Source of the DNA: an uncultured virus (IMG/VR IMGVR_UViG_3300025108_000030) | Lineage: Duplodnaviria; Heunggongvirae; Uroviricota; Caudoviricetes; Kyanoviridae | Virus record (IMG/VR): IMGVR_UViG_3300025108_000030 | Strand: one strand, 5' to 3' | Length of the DNA: 64,000 nucleotides | Part shown: in pieces, positions 39,901 through 48,222 of the stretch | How positions within the stretch are numbered: the first letter of the stretch is position 1 | Layout of the letters: each line of letters begins with the position of its first letter | Translations under genes and position numbers: made by a program | The notes under the pieces: generated by a model | What the model saw: the letters and a program-made list of their open reading frames with translations, nothing else | The model's database searches: none | Told to the model about the DNA's origin: nothing

Positions 39901-41153
39901 CGTTCGTTAGTGCAACACCTACTTATAGCACTGCACAAAGAAAGGTTCGTGTTTATCACAGTAATCACTGTATGCATAGCAGTTCTAACAATGTAGTTAT
40001 TAGCGGTATAGTTTCTGAGGTTAGTGATACTTCATTAACCGCATCACTTTCTGCATCTGATGTTAGTATTTCGGTATCGGATGCTACAGCATTCCATAAA
40101 GTTATTAACGGTCTTGCAGTTTCTGTAAGTAATGTTGGATTTATTAAGATTGGCGATGAGATTATTTCTTATAGTGCAATCAGCGGTGATAATAAAACTA
40201 TTACTGTATACGAAAGAGGTGTTGATGGTACGACTGCTGTATCTCATGCAGATGAATCAGTTGTTGAATGCTATAACTTAGATGGTATTCCACTACCTCA
40301 ACTTAATAAGACTCATACAGGAATCTTGAATCCTACTCTTGATTACTATGAATTGAGCACCTCGTCTATTGCTAGATTGGGTATTATTGGTGGTGGTACT
40401 AATATTACTGCTACACAAAATGTTCAATATAATGTTCTCGTTCCTCAGATTGAGAGAATGTTGCTACCTAAGACAGATATTACTGCTCGAATTAATACGA
40501 TCAGTGGTACATCAATCAATGATGGCACGTCTCTGGCACAAGCATCATTTGCTAACGATGGGGTATTCAATGATGTTATCTTAGGAACAGATAACTATCT
40601 CGAAAAACCTGCATTGATTTGTTCTACAGTCAATGAATCTGCAGAACTGAGTGGCGCTAAGTCATTCAGACTAGACCTAACGATGATTAGTGAAAAGACT
40701 AACATCAGTCCTGTCATTGATACTGATAGATTATCTGCCACATTGGTATCTAATAGGATTAATAATCCTGCCGATGTCAACAGTGCAAACCTTGCCGTTG
40801 GTGATAAGCATGAGGCAGTTTACATTACAAGAACTGCTGATTTGAAGAATCCTTCAGGTTCTATCAAATTGTATTTTACAGGATACCGTCCTCCTAACAC
40901 AACGATTAAGGTCCTATATAGAGTACGACCGATTGGTTCTACAACTCCTATTGAAGAATTAGGATTTAACTTCTTCCCCGCAGAAGGTTCCAACATACCA
41001 GTTACATCGGAGACTCAAATTTTCAGTGAATATGAGTACGAGGTAAGTGGTCTGAACTTCGATCAGTATCAAATCAAGGTACTGTTTGTATCTCCAAACC
41101 AATCCTTGGTTCCTATAATCAAAGATTTGAGAGCAATTGCTCTTGCTGTATAA
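33945..41153 (+). CDS. large virion structural protein, VrlC-like / DUF4815 family
   Basis: NLNVTPYYDDFD..KNFYRVLFRPGFPIQARELTT.QSILQNQ; RYTMRDIG.IERR...VEYYTSL; KNGFIVDDF; DPLAQSF; LFKSQNASTW. Confidence 0.85.
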   Translation: MAQNTNLNVTPYYDDFDKDKNFYRVLFRPGFPIQARELTTMQSILQNQVENVGSHLFKDGAMVIPGQVGYDLTVDAIMLQESFLGADVESYRSQLNGLIIEGLSTGVKAKVLYSISSTESDKGYITLYVKYIESGGTDNSTELFASNEQLVTNTEITFGTTLIEVGSPFAQLLPTDALQQGSVSYVQQGVYFIRGFFVDVDYQYILLDQYGSNPSYRIGLNIQESIVTPEDDLSLNDNAAGTSNYAAPGSHRFRIKTTLIKKLLTDDADKNFIELLRINNSKVEKLVDRTALNELEKGLALRTYEESGNYVVKDFEITVRESLDDGFNNGVYPAGMTTSNGTVTSDDKYAVEFGAGVAYIRGYRVKRLSPSYVDLDKPRETLDAQNVIVPFEMGNYSNVNNIFGFPNTSGSTITNAYHTVELRDVATSSAGSAAGDLIGYARVTSIEHLADPDNTFGNTDDQYKLNIMDVQMFTVLELASAKSIPQGSLVVGGTSGARAYIVSATTSSDRVDVYQVEGTFLQNEMLLLDGSFLDTINHIHTYQYSDTRQFVARDESTLAIEFTADVVLEDVQLVEGSTFTYDATGGSETITGLQSNFALDLRPGDKIFFNSTEFVTVDLVTPGNLATGGVASIFNYASQTVNVTPPSSNFPSAGTYNTLLRYRTQLFDVANADLLSDMPKKYIKSISDESMIVRRTFDAQTVSSDSISITLPENEQFESITDQTYTVTVLAGTNSTHPVGDQITLDTVTTSALGYISFTSADRTTLQIENLTNITSVKVTATISKNVTVRKTKSGNEMFVLKVTNTIANLDKQNYSLTYSNLYGTRIEDRELSLGLTDSYRLHAVYESNDDNDPVIPSVVLVEPVFFANGTIVTGRTSKARAKVVDFASGSLKLSLVYITGSLLPGETVDGFDSTGAAISAIINDSEGSVVAGSKVVTDNYFLEVAQTGFIYNISRVIRKKGTIAPIRKLKLVLDYYTHSSTGDYFSGQSYLNTDYTDIPFFKFKFLADYLDFRPGVKNLYSGTGTVSSPAYVNCSTFDFKSRVFNISGTPNATVFDIPKLNSNFRCDFNWYLPRKDKAFITPDGEFQIIKGKSSDTPEEPDDLKDGMLLATISHKPYGFDPENDTVIVRSDNRRYTMRDIGAIERRLDQVEYYTSLNLLESDTFNSQILDSSGKNRLKNGFIVDDFSDHGKSDTAHEDFSAALDFEFGECRPAHYTTNVPLIINESLSTNYQQTGPLITLPYTELKIIEQPYASRVENINPFNVFTYIGRITLTPGSDDWLDTSRVPARVTQIEGDFQQVSSELNVDQNGFAPIQWRAWQTNWTGERTLGSRTTRNSGWLAQDRGRSPNPGVWGGRGMRRINRTTTLETTGSQTRQGVRSRVIPRIDRQSLGDSILSSTSIPWIRSRNIDVDVARLKPRTRFYSFFDGRSTVDYQIPKMIEIIKDPSIDTRTNSTPFVIGETVTGLTSGCKFKVAAPNDFYRFNPYDDSVLPESYASTTAFLNIDTVELSKQATGDYYGNFQVQEVLVGTSGATAVVRDRRLISDRFGKLRSSFFIPSPSLDTNPRWATGTRTLRLSTSDTDSRLGGAVASAAETNYEASGTLNTIQENVLAVRNAEVVRDTVTQNRTVRSTRTEIRQIGWYDPLAQSFIVDETDGVFLTSIDVYFFKKDDNIPVSMQIRTMENGYPTTTILPFSDVTLEPDTVQLSETAAVPTKFTFDAPVFIPQSVEHCFVLLSDSNSYQIWISRMGEQDITGDRTISEQPYAGVLFKSQNASTWTADQYEDLKFIVNRADFTNTLNSRLVVNNSALARGNGGELNLRRDAIQTFTPELVLTLNSTTLPYTVGSRIYQKTTLAEGTISAVTTTVAGVLLTINDINGTWAAGSNTGGSISNRVVSSKTLATMVVSTPTGDFTPGETITGNSADAPTAEVVTWNSGTNTLTLRYVSTDFTPTTETISGGTSSITATVSSIVYSGDAVEASAVSDSFVSATPTYSTAQRKVRVYHSNHCMHSSSNNVVISGIVSEVSDTSLTASLSASDVSISVSDATAFHKVINGLAVSVSNVGFIKIGDEIISYSAISGDNKTITVYERGVDGTTAVSHADESVVECYNLDGIPLPQLNKTHTGILNPTLDYYELSTSSIARLGIIGGGTNITATQNVQYNVLVPQIERMLLPKTDITARINTISGTSINDGTSLAQASFANDGVFNDVILGTDNYLEKPALICSTVNESAELSGAKSFRLDLTMISEKTNISPVIDTDRLSATLVSNRINNPADVNSANLAVGDKHEAVYITRTADLKNPSGSIKLYFTGYRPPNTTIKVLYRVRPIGSTTPIEELGFNFFPAEGSNIPVTSETQIFSEYEYEVSGLNFDQYQIKVLFVSPNQSLVPIIKDLRAIALAV

Positions 41154-41389
41154 TGTCACACATTCCTGTAAAAAATAAAGATAACTGGTACAGAAACTCG
41201 GAAACGGGTTCTGTACTGTGTTCTGATTCTGATACATATCAGAAATATATGGCAGCATATAAAGCAGATAAGATGAAGCAGGAAGAGTTCACCACTTTAC
41301 AAAACGAAGTTTCTGAGTTAAAATCGGATCTGAGTGATATCAAATCACTTTTACTAACGTTAGTCCAAAGTAAAGAGAACAAATTATGA
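41153..41389 (+). CDS. small coiled-coil hypothetical protein
   Basis: 78 aa, TAATG overlap with the upstream gene, heptad-like C-terminus (LQNEVSELKSDLSDIKSLL). Confidence 0.8.
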   Translation: MSHIPVKNKDNWYRNSETGSVLCSDSDTYQKYMAAYKADKMKQEEFTTLQNEVSELKSDLSDIKSLLLTLVQSKENKL

Positions 41390-41604
41390 CGATTGAACAA
41401 GTTCCTCAGGTTGACATGCTCTCTCAATTTAAAGAGCGTCTTCAAGCAATCATTACTGAGAATCAGCAACTTGCTGCTAAAATTAAAGAAAATGAAACAA
41501 CGGGACTGAAACTTCAGGGTGCTATTGAGGCACTTGAATATTATAACCCTCAGGAGGAAGAAACCGCTTCCCAACCTCCAGAAGAAGAAGAAACTGAAGA
41601 GTGA
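41386..41604 (+). CDS. small acidic coiled-coil protein (possible fiber assembly chaperone)
   Basis: 72 aa, ATGA overlap; LKLQGAIEALE motif and acidic tail. Confidence 0.75.
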   Translation: MTIEQVPQVDMLSQFKERLQAIITENQQLAAKIKENETTGLKLQGAIEALEYYNPQEEETASQPPEEEETEE

Positions 41605-41611
41605 TACAATG

Positions 41612-41631
41612 GGGGCAGAAATGCCCCTTTT
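41612..41631 (+). terminator. rho-independent terminator
   Basis: GGGGCA-GAAA-TGCCCC stem with GNRA loop followed by TTTT. Confidence 0.85.
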
Positions 41632-41639
41632 CTATTACG

Positions 41640-41647
41640 CATAAATA
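41640..41647 (+). promoter_or_regulatory. T4-type late promoter
   Basis: CATAAATA just after the terminator and upstream of the fiber gene. Confidence 0.75.
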
Positions 41648-41684
41648 ACTTGGAAGCATAATCACTATCGAGTTGTCGTAAAAA

Positions 41685-44600
41685 ATGGCAAATAGAATAC
41701 AGTTAAGACGCGGTGGTGCTCAGGAATGGGCAAACGCGAATCCAACTCTTGCACAGGGTGAACTTGGAATTGAACTCGATACTGGTCGGTTCAAAATCGG
41801 TGATGGTGCAACGGCATGGAACACGCTAAGATATGAGCGCCCTGTAGAGTCCAACACTAATACTCCAAATACTCTTGTACAAAGAGACGCAGATGGAAGT
41901 TTTTCTGCGGGTACTATCACGTCAACTCTTATTGGTAATGCTTCAACATCAACTAGACTTGAACAGACTAGACAGATTCAGTTATCTAGTGATGTAACAG
42001 CAACTGGCAACTTTGATGGTTCCCAAAACTTAAACTTAAGTACTTCTTTATCACTGATCAATACTCTTCCTCATTACTTGGAAGGTGGTTTAAGTACTAC
42101 TACTAGAACATTTACTGAAGTTACTGTTGACCAGAAGGGTAGAGTTATAAATGCTAGAACTCCTGCTCAACTAAATCTTACGGATTATGGTCTTGATGGT
42201 TCTGCAACTAGTGATACAACTTTAGCACAACCTTGGAATGCAAACTTAGAAGCAATCTCAGACGAAACTGGTACTGGTTTATATTCAAAAACTGCAGCAG
42301 GTGTTGTTGAGACCAGACTTATTACTGGTGCTGCTGGTCAGATTGTTATTACTGACGGTGGTGGTATTAGTGGTAATCCTCTTATCTCACTGTCGGTTCA
42401 ATCAAACGTTGTTCCTGGAGATTATAATACAGAATCTCTCACTTCAGTATCTCAAGCTGGTAGTGGTGGAGAACCTTTTGGTACAGAGACTGTTAATGCT
42501 TCTAAGTTCTCTGTTGACGATAAAGGGCGTTTAACAACCGTAACGAATGTACCTATTGCTACTGCTACCGAGGGTAGTAAGTATGCGGCATATGCAGCAG
42601 GTACAACATATGCTAGATACCAGATTATTGAAGATAGCAGTAGAGTATATCAATCAATCACAGCAATTGCTTCAGGTGGTGGTGCTCCAACTCATACTGA
42701 TACTTCTGATACTGGCGGATGGAGATATCTCGGTGCAGCAGCAGTAGAACAGAAAGGACTTGCTTCTTTTGCACAAGAAGATTTTGATGTTGACAGCAAC
42801 GGACATGTAACTATTGCTGCTGTTGGTGTTGATAATACACAACTACAGAATAATAGAGTTTCTTTTGCTGATGGAAATACAAAAGAAGATTTTGAACTTG
42901 ATCAAGAACTTACTGCAACCACTGGATACAGAGGATTCAATTATCTTAACTATCTTAAAGTTAATGATACGAGCGGTAATCTACTTGTTGGCGCTAATAA
43001 TACGGGGGACAGCGGAGCTGGCGAACTTGATGTTAATGTACGGTCGTATTTCTCTGACCCTGACATTACTCTTGACGGCACTGTTGCTCAGACATTGGAT
43101 AAGACTGGGGATGGTAACCTTACCTTCCAGTTAACTCAAGACGCTTCAACTGCTAGATTCCTCAATATCACCTCAACCAATGCTGGTGCTGGTACTGCAT
43201 ATGTTGTTATCACTGGAGACGACATAGTTGATATCAAGGCAACTGAAGCAACTGGTAAAGTTTGGGTCGAAGATGCAAGATTCCAAGATAACTACATCGC
43301 AACATCGAATGCGACGATGAATCTTGACCCTGGCGATGATCGTGCCGCTACTGGGTTGGTTCGCATCTTCGGTAACCTTCAGATTGATGGTACAACTACC
43401 ACAGTTAATTCAACACAACTGAGTGTAGATGATGTCACTATTCTACTTGGTGGTGATACTGTTCCTACAACTGATGACAATCTGGATCGTGGTATTGAAT
43501 TCAACTATTATGATACCGAAGCACGCTTAGGTTTCTACGGTTGGGATACTAATTACACTGATTTGGGTGGTCATGGCGGTGGATATCGTTTCCTTCATGC
43601 TGCTACAAATACTGCTGAAGTCTTTACTGGTACTGACTCTGGTATCATTGCAGGTAACGTAAAACTTACAACAGGCACTAACTCAACTACTAATACAACT
43701 GGCGACTTGGTAGTTGCTGGTGGTGTTGGTATTACTCAAGATGTAAACATCGGCGGTCTGGTTGATATTGACAGCACATTGCGTGTTCATAACACCTCTC
43801 GCTTTGATGACAACATGGTCATCCAAGGTGCTTCTAAGACACTGCAACTAAACAATGGTAGTGGCACAACCAAGATTGAATTCCAATCTACAACTGGTAA
43901 CGGATCTCTTGCTGGTATTCTGGATGTAACTGGAAACCTCAATGTCAATACCGATAAGTTTAATGTTGTTGCTGCCTCAGGCAACACAACTATTGCTGGC
44001 ACATTAGGTGTCACAGATGTTGCAACATTCTCTAATAATATTGATGCTAACGGCGATGTTGCAATCGCTGGTAACATTCACTCCGAAAGCACTAACGATA
44101 TCACCACTGCTAAGAATGGCAGCACTGGTATATGGGAGATTCAGTCTAATGACTATGGATCTCTGAAAGTTGATGGTGGTGCATATGTTGCAGGATCTGC
44201 TCTAATCGATGGCACACTCCATGTTAACGGCGCTATTGAAGTTAAGGATAGTGCGACAGAGACTGAATCTAGACTTAACTGGTTGAGAGTTAGATACAGA
44301 GGTCGTTTCGGTGACACTTATCAGGCATCTCCTTCTTATGCATCTCACAACTTCTCCACCCTAAAAGCACACGGTGGTGCAGGTATTATGAAATCCCTGT
44401 ATGTTGGTGCTACTGGAACTGGCGAAAGATTCTCTGTTGGTAAAAAAGAAAGTGGTGATACTGAGAAGTTCATTGTTATCGGTGCAACTGGTGATACAAC
44501 AATTGAAGGCACTCTTCTGGTTGAAGATAACGTAAACTTCAATGGCACTCTGGATGTTGATGCAGACTTTGCTGTTAGAGACGGTACAACGGATAGATTC

Positions 44601-47408
44601 TTCGTTGATAATGTAACTGGTAACACCTATATCGATGGCACTCTGGATGTTAATGGTGCAACTGAGATTACAAATACTCTGGATGTTAGCAATGCTGTTA
44701 CATTCGATCAGACACTGTTAGTCCAAGGCAACTCTGAGTTTAACGGTACTGTTGATATTGATGCCAACTTCGCTGTTAGAAGTGGTAGCACGGATAAGAT
44801 GACTGTTGCTTCTGCATCAGGTAACATCGCAACTGACGGTACATTAGTTGTTCAAGGTCAGACAACTATTAACGATTCTCTGATTGTTGATGCTTCTAAT
44901 GAAGTCTTCTCCATCAGAAATGGATCTGCTGTAGAGAAGTTTGGTGTTGATGCAGACAATGGCAACACAAACATCATTGGCACACTGACCGTTGGTGATG
45001 CAACTCAGATTAATGACACCTTGGGTGCATCTGGTATTGTCACACTTACTAACAACACCGAGCAAACTCTGACAGGTAGTTATGGTGCTGATGGTGCTCT
45101 AAGACTTACTGGTGGTGCTGCTGTCCAAAGAAACCTCGCTGTTGGTGGTGCTGCAAGAGTCTATGGCAACACTGAACTGACTGGTACTCTTGATCTTAAT
45201 AATAGTGCAGACATTTCTGGTGCTTTAGTAACGCATGATAATGTTACTATTACTGCAGACAATAAGACCTTTGCAATCCAGACTGCTGGTTCTGTTAATA
45301 AGTTCACAGTAGATACGGACAATGGCAATACTGATATTCGTGGAACCCTGGATGTTGGCGGTGACGTAACTGCCGAGTCTAACCTTACTGTTACTGGAAA
45401 CCTTACTGTTAATGGAACAACGACTACTGTTAATTCTACGGTCACAACTCTCGATGACCCTATTATTACTGTGGGTGGTGACACAGCACCGACAACTAAC
45501 GACGGTAAGGACCGTGGTGTTGAGTTCCGTTATTACGACAGCTCTGCGAAAGTTGGTTTCTTCGGATACGATAGATCCGCCAACCAATTCGCATTCGTAG
45601 TAGACGCAACCAATTCATCAGAAGTTCTTTCAGGTACTGACGGCAACCTTCGTGCTGGTAGTTTGAATCTTACTGGTGCTGGCACTGCACTCGATGTTGA
45701 TGCTAACGCCAACATTGACGGCACTCTGACTGTAGATGGTCAAATCATCTCCCAGGTTGCTTCTGGTGCTGCTCTAGTCATTCCTAACACGACTAAGATT
45801 AACAACCTCAATGCTGACCTTCTGGACAGCATGACAACTGCTTCTGCGGCAACTGCAACTACTGTTGTTGCTCGTGACGGTAGTGGAGACTTTGCTGCAA
45901 ATATCATCACAGTTGCTTCTGGTGTAGGTGCTGCTGCTGGTATTCAAGGTAATGCTCTTACTGCTGATACACTCAAAACAGCAAGAAATATTGCAGTTGC
46001 TGGTGTTGTTGCTGGTGATGCTGAGTTTAATGGTGCTGGTGATATTACAATCACTACGACATATGTTGACGCAGACATTACTGCACTCGCCGCTATGGCA
46101 GGAACTGGTTTTGTTTCCAGGACTGCTGCTAACACATATGCTCAGCGTACACTCGCTGTCACAGCATCTTCTGGTATTACACTGACGAATGCTGATGGTG
46201 TTGCTGGTAACCCAACCATTAACGTTGCTTCTACAGCAAGCAACTCAGCAAACAACCTTGTTCTTCGTGACGCATCTGGCGACTTTGCTGCTGGAATTAT
46301 TACTGCAGCATTAGTTGGTAATGTCACTGGTCAAGTATCTGATATTAGCAATCACGATACTGGAGATCTCTCCGAAGGATCTAATCTATATTTCACGAAT
46401 GAGCGTGTCGATGATAGAGTTAATGCTCTTATTGTTGCTGGCACAGGTATCACCAAAGCATACAATGACGCAGCAGGCACCTATACGCTTACTGTAACGC
46501 AGGTAGACATCGATACCGACAATGTAACAGAAGGTTCCACAAACCTCTTTACAACCGCTGCTAGGACCCGTACACACTTCACATATGGTACAGGTATTGA
46601 ACTTAGCGGTGCAGGTGCTCTGAGCGTCACTCAGGCAGACATTAATACCGACAATGTAACAGAAGGTTCTACTAACATCTTCTACACAGAAGCACGATTT
46701 GATACAAGTCTTGCAAGTAAAGATACTGATGATGTAACTGAAGGTTCCACAAATCTGTACTTCACTAATACTCGTGCAGATACTCGCGCTAACTTAAGAG
46801 TTGCTGCTGCTACAGGTAGTAACCTCGATCTTTCAGAGAAGTCTACTTCTGATCTTTCTGAAGGAACTAACCAGTACTACACTGAAGCAAGAGTTCAAGA
46901 TAAACTTGATAATGCATTTGCTCAACTCACAGCAATGCTCAACAATCTTGCAACTACTACAACTCTTGTCTTGAATCTGTCTGGTGATCCTACCCCTGGT
47001 GACGTGACTGCGCTTAACAATGCTTCTCTTGCTGGTGGCACATTGTATAACACTGCTACTGGAGTCGCTACCACCTCAAGCGGTAGTGGCACTGGATTAA
47101 CAGTAGATATCACTGCATCTGGTGGTGCTATCACTGCAGTTGCTATCAATGGTGATGGTTCTGGTTATGTTGTTGGTGAGACTATTACAATCACAGGTGG
47201 TGGCGGAGACGCTACTATCGATGTCTCTGCTGTTACTGAGATGGCAGTTGGAGATACTGTCACAGGCAGTACATCAGGCACCACAGGTGTTATCACTGCT
47301 GTTGGTGCAAGTTCAGTTACTGTTGACACTGTTGACGGATTCTTTAAGAAGACTGAGACAGTATCTGCTGGAGATGTTTCTACATTAACAATCACTTCAT
47401 TCGCCTGA
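41685..47408 (+). CDS. long fiber protein (Mtd/hyaluronidase-type N-terminus) at the wac-equivalent position
   Basis: RIQLRRG...W...NPTLAQGELGIELDTGRFKIGDG.T.W..L.Y N-terminus; many GTL.V.G repeats; TD.V.EGSTNL.FT repeats; directly upstream of gp13. Confidence 0.8.
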   Translation: MANRIQLRRGGAQEWANANPTLAQGELGIELDTGRFKIGDGATAWNTLRYERPVESNTNTPNTLVQRDADGSFSAGTITSTLIGNASTSTRLEQTRQIQLSSDVTATGNFDGSQNLNLSTSLSLINTLPHYLEGGLSTTTRTFTEVTVDQKGRVINARTPAQLNLTDYGLDGSATSDTTLAQPWNANLEAISDETGTGLYSKTAAGVVETRLITGAAGQIVITDGGGISGNPLISLSVQSNVVPGDYNTESLTSVSQAGSGGEPFGTETVNASKFSVDDKGRLTTVTNVPIATATEGSKYAAYAAGTTYARYQIIEDSSRVYQSITAIASGGGAPTHTDTSDTGGWRYLGAAAVEQKGLASFAQEDFDVDSNGHVTIAAVGVDNTQLQNNRVSFADGNTKEDFELDQELTATTGYRGFNYLNYLKVNDTSGNLLVGANNTGDSGAGELDVNVRSYFSDPDITLDGTVAQTLDKTGDGNLTFQLTQDASTARFLNITSTNAGAGTAYVVITGDDIVDIKATEATGKVWVEDARFQDNYIATSNATMNLDPGDDRAATGLVRIFGNLQIDGTTTTVNSTQLSVDDVTILLGGDTVPTTDDNLDRGIEFNYYDTEARLGFYGWDTNYTDLGGHGGGYRFLHAATNTAEVFTGTDSGIIAGNVKLTTGTNSTTNTTGDLVVAGGVGITQDVNIGGLVDIDSTLRVHNTSRFDDNMVIQGASKTLQLNNGSGTTKIEFQSTTGNGSLAGILDVTGNLNVNTDKFNVVAASGNTTIAGTLGVTDVATFSNNIDANGDVAIAGNIHSESTNDITTAKNGSTGIWEIQSNDYGSLKVDGGAYVAGSALIDGTLHVNGAIEVKDSATETESRLNWLRVRYRGRFGDTYQASPSYASHNFSTLKAHGGAGIMKSLYVGATGTGERFSVGKKESGDTEKFIVIGATGDTTIEGTLLVEDNVNFNGTLDVDADFAVRDGTTDRFFVDNVTGNTYIDGTLDVNGATEITNTLDVSNAVTFDQTLLVQGNSEFNGTVDIDANFAVRSGSTDKMTVASASGNIATDGTLVVQGQTTINDSLIVDASNEVFSIRNGSAVEKFGVDADNGNTNIIGTLTVGDATQINDTLGASGIVTLTNNTEQTLTGSYGADGALRLTGGAAVQRNLAVGGAARVYGNTELTGTLDLNNSADISGALVTHDNVTITADNKTFAIQTAGSVNKFTVDTDNGNTDIRGTLDVGGDVTAESNLTVTGNLTVNGTTTTVNSTVTTLDDPIITVGGDTAPTTNDGKDRGVEFRYYDSSAKVGFFGYDRSANQFAFVVDATNSSEVLSGTDGNLRAGSLNLTGAGTALDVDANANIDGTLTVDGQIISQVASGAALVIPNTTKINNLNADLLDSMTTASAATATTVVARDGSGDFAANIITVASGVGAAAGIQGNALTADTLKTARNIAVAGVVAGDAEFNGAGDITITTTYVDADITALAAMAGTGFVSRTAANTYAQRTLAVTASSGITLTNADGVAGNPTINVASTASNSANNLVLRDASGDFAAGIITAALVGNVTGQVSDISNHDTGDLSEGSNLYFTNERVDDRVNALIVAGTGITKAYNDAAGTYTLTVTQVDIDTDNVTEGSTNLFTTAARTRTHFTYGTGIELSGAGALSVTQADINTDNVTEGSTNIFYTEARFDTSLASKDTDDVTEGSTNLYFTNTRADTRANLRVAAATGSNLDLSEKSTSDLSEGTNQYYTEARVQDKLDNAFAQLTAMLNNLATTTTLVLNLSGDPTPGDVTALNNASLAGGTLYNTATGVATTSSGSGTGLTVDITASGGAITAVAINGDGSGYVVGETITITGGGGDATIDVSAVTEMAVGDTVTGSTSGTTGVITAVGASSVTVDTVDGFFKKTETVSAGDVSTLTITSFA
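46513..46669 (+). repeat. 25-nt direct repeat within tandem EGSTN protein repeats
   Basis: ATACCGACAATGTAACAGAAGGTTC at 46513-46537 and 46645-46669 (132 nt = 44 codons apart). Confidence 0.85.
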
Positions 47409-47414
47409 TAACAA

Positions 47415-48221
47415 ATGACCGCTACAAGACCCGCTTCTAAAACAGAGTTAAAAAACTACGCTCTTCGTAGATTAGGTTTTCCTGCTATTGATATCAATGT
47501 ATGTGATGAGCAGTTGGATGACCTAATCGAAGAAGCAATCGATTACTATCAAGAGTTTGCATATAACGGCAGTTACAAAGCATTCATCAAAATTGAAGTA
47601 ACCGATGCGATTAAAACTGCGGCTAAAACTGGTAGTGCTTTAGGTTCTACTGATTGGACAGAAGGAAATGAATATGTATCACTTCCCCCTGGAGTCTTGG
47701 CAGTCAATCATGTCTATAGTCAGATTGGTGCTTCTAGTGTAACTCCTGGTAATATTTTTAATATTAAGTATCAGATTTTCTTGAATGATATCTATGCAAT
47801 GACGCATGGACATATCCTACATTACTTTATGACTTCACAATATCTTGAGACTCTTGATTGGGTCACAAACTCAGATAGAAATCGTAGAGTTAGATATAAT
47901 GAATATCAAGGAAGATTGTATTTAGATTTTGATTGGGCAAATTTACAAGCAGGCAATCAAATTGTGGTAGAAGTTTTGATGCGTCAAGACCCTGATACAT
48001 ACACTGCAATGTACAATGATGCCTGGTTGAAAGATTATGTAGAATCATTATTCCAACAGCAATGGGGTCGCAACCTCAGTAAGTATGATGGAATTCAAAT
48101 GCTTGGTGGTGTGACTCTGAATGGTCGCCAGATTCTCGAAGATGCGAGTCAGTTCAAGAAAGATCTTGAAGCAGATATTCGCAAGACTTACGAACTCCCT
48201 CCAATGGATTTAATCGGTTGA
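47415..48221 (+). CDS. gp13: neck protein gp13
   Basis: ELKNYALRRLGFPAIDINV..EQLDDLIEEA; WLKDY...QQWG.NLSKYDGIQMLGGVTLNG. Confidence 0.95.
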   Translation: MTATRPASKTELKNYALRRLGFPAIDINVCDEQLDDLIEEAIDYYQEFAYNGSYKAFIKIEVTDAIKTAAKTGSALGSTDWTEGNEYVSLPPGVLAVNHVYSQIGASSVTPGNIFNIKYQIFLNDIYAMTHGHILHYFMTSQYLETLDWVTNSDRNRRVRYNEYQGRLYLDFDWANLQAGNQIVVEVLMRQDPDTYTAMYNDAWLKDYVESLFQQQWGRNLSKYDGIQMLGGVTLNGRQILEDASQFKKDLEADIRKTYELPPMDLIG

Positions 48222-48222
48222 T

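Noticed and set aside
41685..41860. Mtd-like N-terminus suggesting a diversity-generating retroelement
   Set aside because: No reverse transcriptase and no template/variable repeat pair differing at adenines seen in the window; this domain is a common fiber anchor
46356..46890. Spaced repeats resembling a CRISPR array
   Set aside because: In-frame, degenerate at codon third positions, encode protein repeats; no cas genes
7782..47408. Numerous 60-160 aa minus-strand and alternate-frame ORFs within the structural genes
   Set aside because: Expected shadows of long, codon-biased, Gly/Thr/Ser-rich genes; no family motifs recognised
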